Shown one piece after another: positions 61,001 to 64,000 of a stretch of 64,000 nt of DNA (positions within the stretch are counted from its first letter, which is position 1; each line of letters opens with the position of its first letter). The translations under genes were made by a program, and so were the position numbers. The notes beneath the pieces are model-generated. The model was not told the DNA's origin and searched no databases. It saw only the letters and a program-made list of their open reading frames with translations. The stretch covers positions 64,232,001 to 64,296,000 of the forward strand of contig CM069132.1 of the NCBI GenBank assembly GCA_035221665.1, in the 5' to 3' direction. Origin of the DNA: Okamejei kenojei (taxonomy: Eukaryota).

Positions 61001-62493
61001 TAGAGAAAAAAGATTAGTTAAAACAAATGTAGGTGCCTTGCAGTCAGAAACAGGTGAATTGATCATGGGGAACAAGGACATGGCTGACCAATTGAATAAC
61101 TACTTTGGTTCTGTCTTCACTAAGGAAGACATAAATAATCTGCTGGAAATAGCAGGGGATTGTGGGTCAAATGAGATGGAGGAACTGAGTGAAATCCAGG
61201 TTAGCCGGGAAGTGGTGTTAGGTAAATTGAATGGATTAAAGGCCGATAAATCCCCAGGGCCAGATAGGCTGCATCCCAGGGTACTTAAGGAAGTAGCCCC
61301 AGAAATAGTGGATGCATTAGTGATAATTTTTCAAAACTCTTTAGATTCTGGAGTAGTTCCTGAGGATTGGAGGGTAGCTAATGTAACCCCACTTTTTAAA
61401 AAGGGAGGGAGAGAGAAAACGGGGAATTACGGACCAGTTAGTCTAACATCGGTAGTGGGGAAACTGCTAGAGTCAGTTATTAAAGATGGGATAGCAGCGC
61501 ATTTGGAAAGTGGTGAAATCATTGGACAAAGTCAGCATGGATTTACGAAAGGTAAATCATGTCTGACGAATCTTATTGAATTTTTTGAGGAACTAGTAGA
61601 GTGGATAAGGGAGAACCAGTGGATGTGTTATATCTGGACCTTTAGAAGGCTTTCAACAAGGTCCCACACAAGAGATTAGTATACAAACTTAAAGCACACG
61701 GTATTGGCGGTTCAGTATTGATGTGGATAGAGAACTGGCTGCCAGACAGGAAGCAAAGAGCAGGAGTAAACAGGTCCTTTTCAGGATGGCAGGCAGTGAC
61801 TAGTGGGGTGCCGCAAGGCTCAGTGCTGGGACCCCAGCTATTTACAATATATATTAATGATTTGGATGAGGGAATGAATGCAACATCTCTAAGTTTGCGG
61901 ATGACACTAAGTTGTACAGGGTTTTGGTGAGACCACACCTGGAGTATTGCGTACAGTTTTGGTCTCCTAATCTGAGGAAAGACATTCTTGCCATAGAGGG
62001 GATACAGAGAAGATTCACCAGACTGATTCCTGGGATGTCAGGACTTTCATATGAAGAAAGACTGGATAGACTCGGCTTGTACTCGCTAGAATTTAGAAGA
62101 TTGAGTGGGGATCTTATAGAAACTTACAAAATTCTTAAGGGGTTGGACAGGCTAGATGCAGGAAGATTGTTCCCGATGTTGGGGAAGTCCAGGACAAGGG
62201 GTCACAGTTTAAGGATAAGGGGGAAATATTTTAGGACCAAGATGGGAAAAACATTTTTCACACAGAGAGTGGTGAGTCTCTGGAATTCTCTGCCACAGAA
62301 GGTAATTGAGGCCAGTTCATTGGCTATATTTAAGAGGGAGTTAGATGTGGCCCTTGTGGCTAAAGGGATCAGGGGGTATGGAGAGAAGGCAGGTACGGGA
62401 TACTGAGTTGGATGATCAGCCATGATCATATTGAATGGCGGTGCAGGCTCGAAGGGCCGAATGGCCTACTCCTGCACCTAATTTCTATGTTTC
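61001..62493 (+). mobile_element. CR1 ORF2 RT and 3' end, frameshifted, internal deletion near 61910
   Basis: [37 protein letters not shown] joined directly to [12 protein letters not shown]; intact 3' UTR. Confidence 0.93.
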
Positions 62494-62744
62494 TAGTGTA
62501 CGGGTGATCGGTGGTCGGCGAGGACTCGGTGGGCCGAAGGGCCTGTTTCCGCGCAGTATCTTTAAATTAAACTAAAAATACTAAAACCAGAGGGAGTCTA
62601 AAGAAGGGTGTCTACCTGAAACGTCTTCTATCCAATTTCTTCTATCCAGAGATGCTGGCTGCTCCATGGAGTTCCCCCGCACAATTAAAGCATGGAATAG
62701 TCTTCAACCTACCATAGTTACACAACCAGATGCAACTACATTTA

Positions 62745-63980
62745 AGGTAGACAAATATGCTGGAGAAACTCAGCGGGTGAGGCAGCATCTATGGAGCGAA
62801 GGAAATAGGCGACGTTTCAGGTCGAGACCCTTCTTCAGACTGATGTGGGGGTGGGGGGGGGGGGCGGGAACGCGGGAAGAAGAAAGGAAGCTGTGGAGAC
62901 AGTGGGCTGTGGGAGAGCCGGGAAGGGGATGGGAAAGAAGGAGAAAGCAGGGACTACCTGAAATTGGAGATGTCAATGTTTGTACCGCTGGGGTGTAAAC
63001 TACCCAAGCGAAATATGAGGCGCTGCTCCTCCAATTTACGATGGGCCTCACTCTAGCCATGGAGGAGGCTCAGGACAGAAAGGTCGGATTTGGAATGGGA
63101 GGGGGAGTTGAAGTGTTGAGCCACCGGGAGATCAGGTTGGTTATTGCGAACCGAGTGGAGGTGTTGGGCGAAGCGATCGCCAAGCCTATGCTTGGTCTCA
63201 CCGATGTAGAGTAGCTGACACCTAAAGCAGTGGATGCAATAGATGAGGTTGGAGGAGGTGCAGGTGAACCTCTGCAGCACGTGGAAAGCCTGCTTAGGTC
63301 CTTGGATGGAGTCGAGGGGGGAGGTAAAGCGCCAAGTGTAGCATTTCCTGCGGTTGCAAGGGAAAGTACCAGGAGAGGGGGTGGTTTGGGTGGGAAGGGA
63401 CAAATTGACCAGGGAGTTACGGAGGGAGCGGTCTCAGCGGAAAGCCGAAAGGGGAGGAGATGGGAAGATGTGGCCAGTGGTGGGATCCCGTTGGAGGTGG
63501 TGAAAATGTTGGAGGATTATATGTTGTATGTGACGGCTGGTGGGGCGGAAGGTGTGGACAAGGGGGACTCTGCCCTTGTTACAAGTGGGGGGAATGGGGA
63601 GAGCAGGGTTGCGGGGTATAGAAGAGACCCTGGTGAGAGCCTCATATATAGTAGGGGGAGAAGAGACCTGTTCCCTAAATAATGAGGACATCTCCGATGC
63701 CCTGGTTTGGAACACCTCATCCTGGGTGCAGATGCGGCTTAGACAGAGGAATTGGGAGTAGGGGATAGTCCTTACAGGAAGCAGGGTGGGAAGAAGTGTA
63801 GTCCAGATAGCCACAGGAGTCAGTGGGTTTATAGTAGATGTCGGTCAATAGTCTATCACTTGCGATGGAGATAGTGAGGTCTAGAAACAGTAGATCCTGG
63901 TGAGAGCCTCATCTATAGTGGAAGATGGGAATCCCGTTCCCTAAAGAATGAGGACATCTGTGATGCCCTGGTTTGGAAGC
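62745..63980 (-). mobile_element. Penelope-like element 3' part: RT C-terminus, GIY-YIG endonuclease, pLTR
   Basis: IPYSQFL..RIC; PCNRRKCYT; NLIYCIHCFRCQLLYIGETKHRL; pLTR at 62745-62845. Confidence 0.92.
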
Positions 63981-64000
63981 CAGTGTTGGGAAATTTAAGG

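Noticed and set aside
63629-63978. About 85-bp repeat at 63629-63712 and 63897-63978
   Set aside because: Two diverged fragments of the same Penelope family; ordinary rearrangement.

Overview
Eukaryotic, repeat-dominated vertebrate DNA. The repeat mix (CR1 LINEs, HE1/V-SINE-like tRNA SINEs, Penelope, Rex1/Babar, DeuSINE remnant) suggests a cartilaginous fish such as a skate or ray; this is inference from pattern recognition, not a database result. I could not identify any host protein-coding exon, and every ORF I could assign is transposon-derived. A CpG-rich promoter-like region at about 4.1-5.5 kb has splice donors on both strands, so most of the window may be a long first intron. Mobile elements include a decayed DIRS element, a solo LTR, a Gypsy 3' half, a near-full-length L2, L1, CR1, Rex1 and Penelope fragments, a non-autonomous Helitron, four Harbinger-type MITEs and a short RTE-derived element. 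The most interesting observations are: (1) a roughly 650-bp Crypton-like element with a terminal foldback and split inverted repeat, nested in an L1 inside a MITE; (2) minimal hammerhead ribozyme motifs in Penelope termini, including a tandem pair; (3) a structured bipartite RTE derivative; (4) an L2 ORF with a signal-peptide-like N-terminus. I see no evidence of a wholly new host system; the novelty candidates are at the level of mobile-element architecture. Family names are from motif recognition and need confirmation against Dfam/Repbase.
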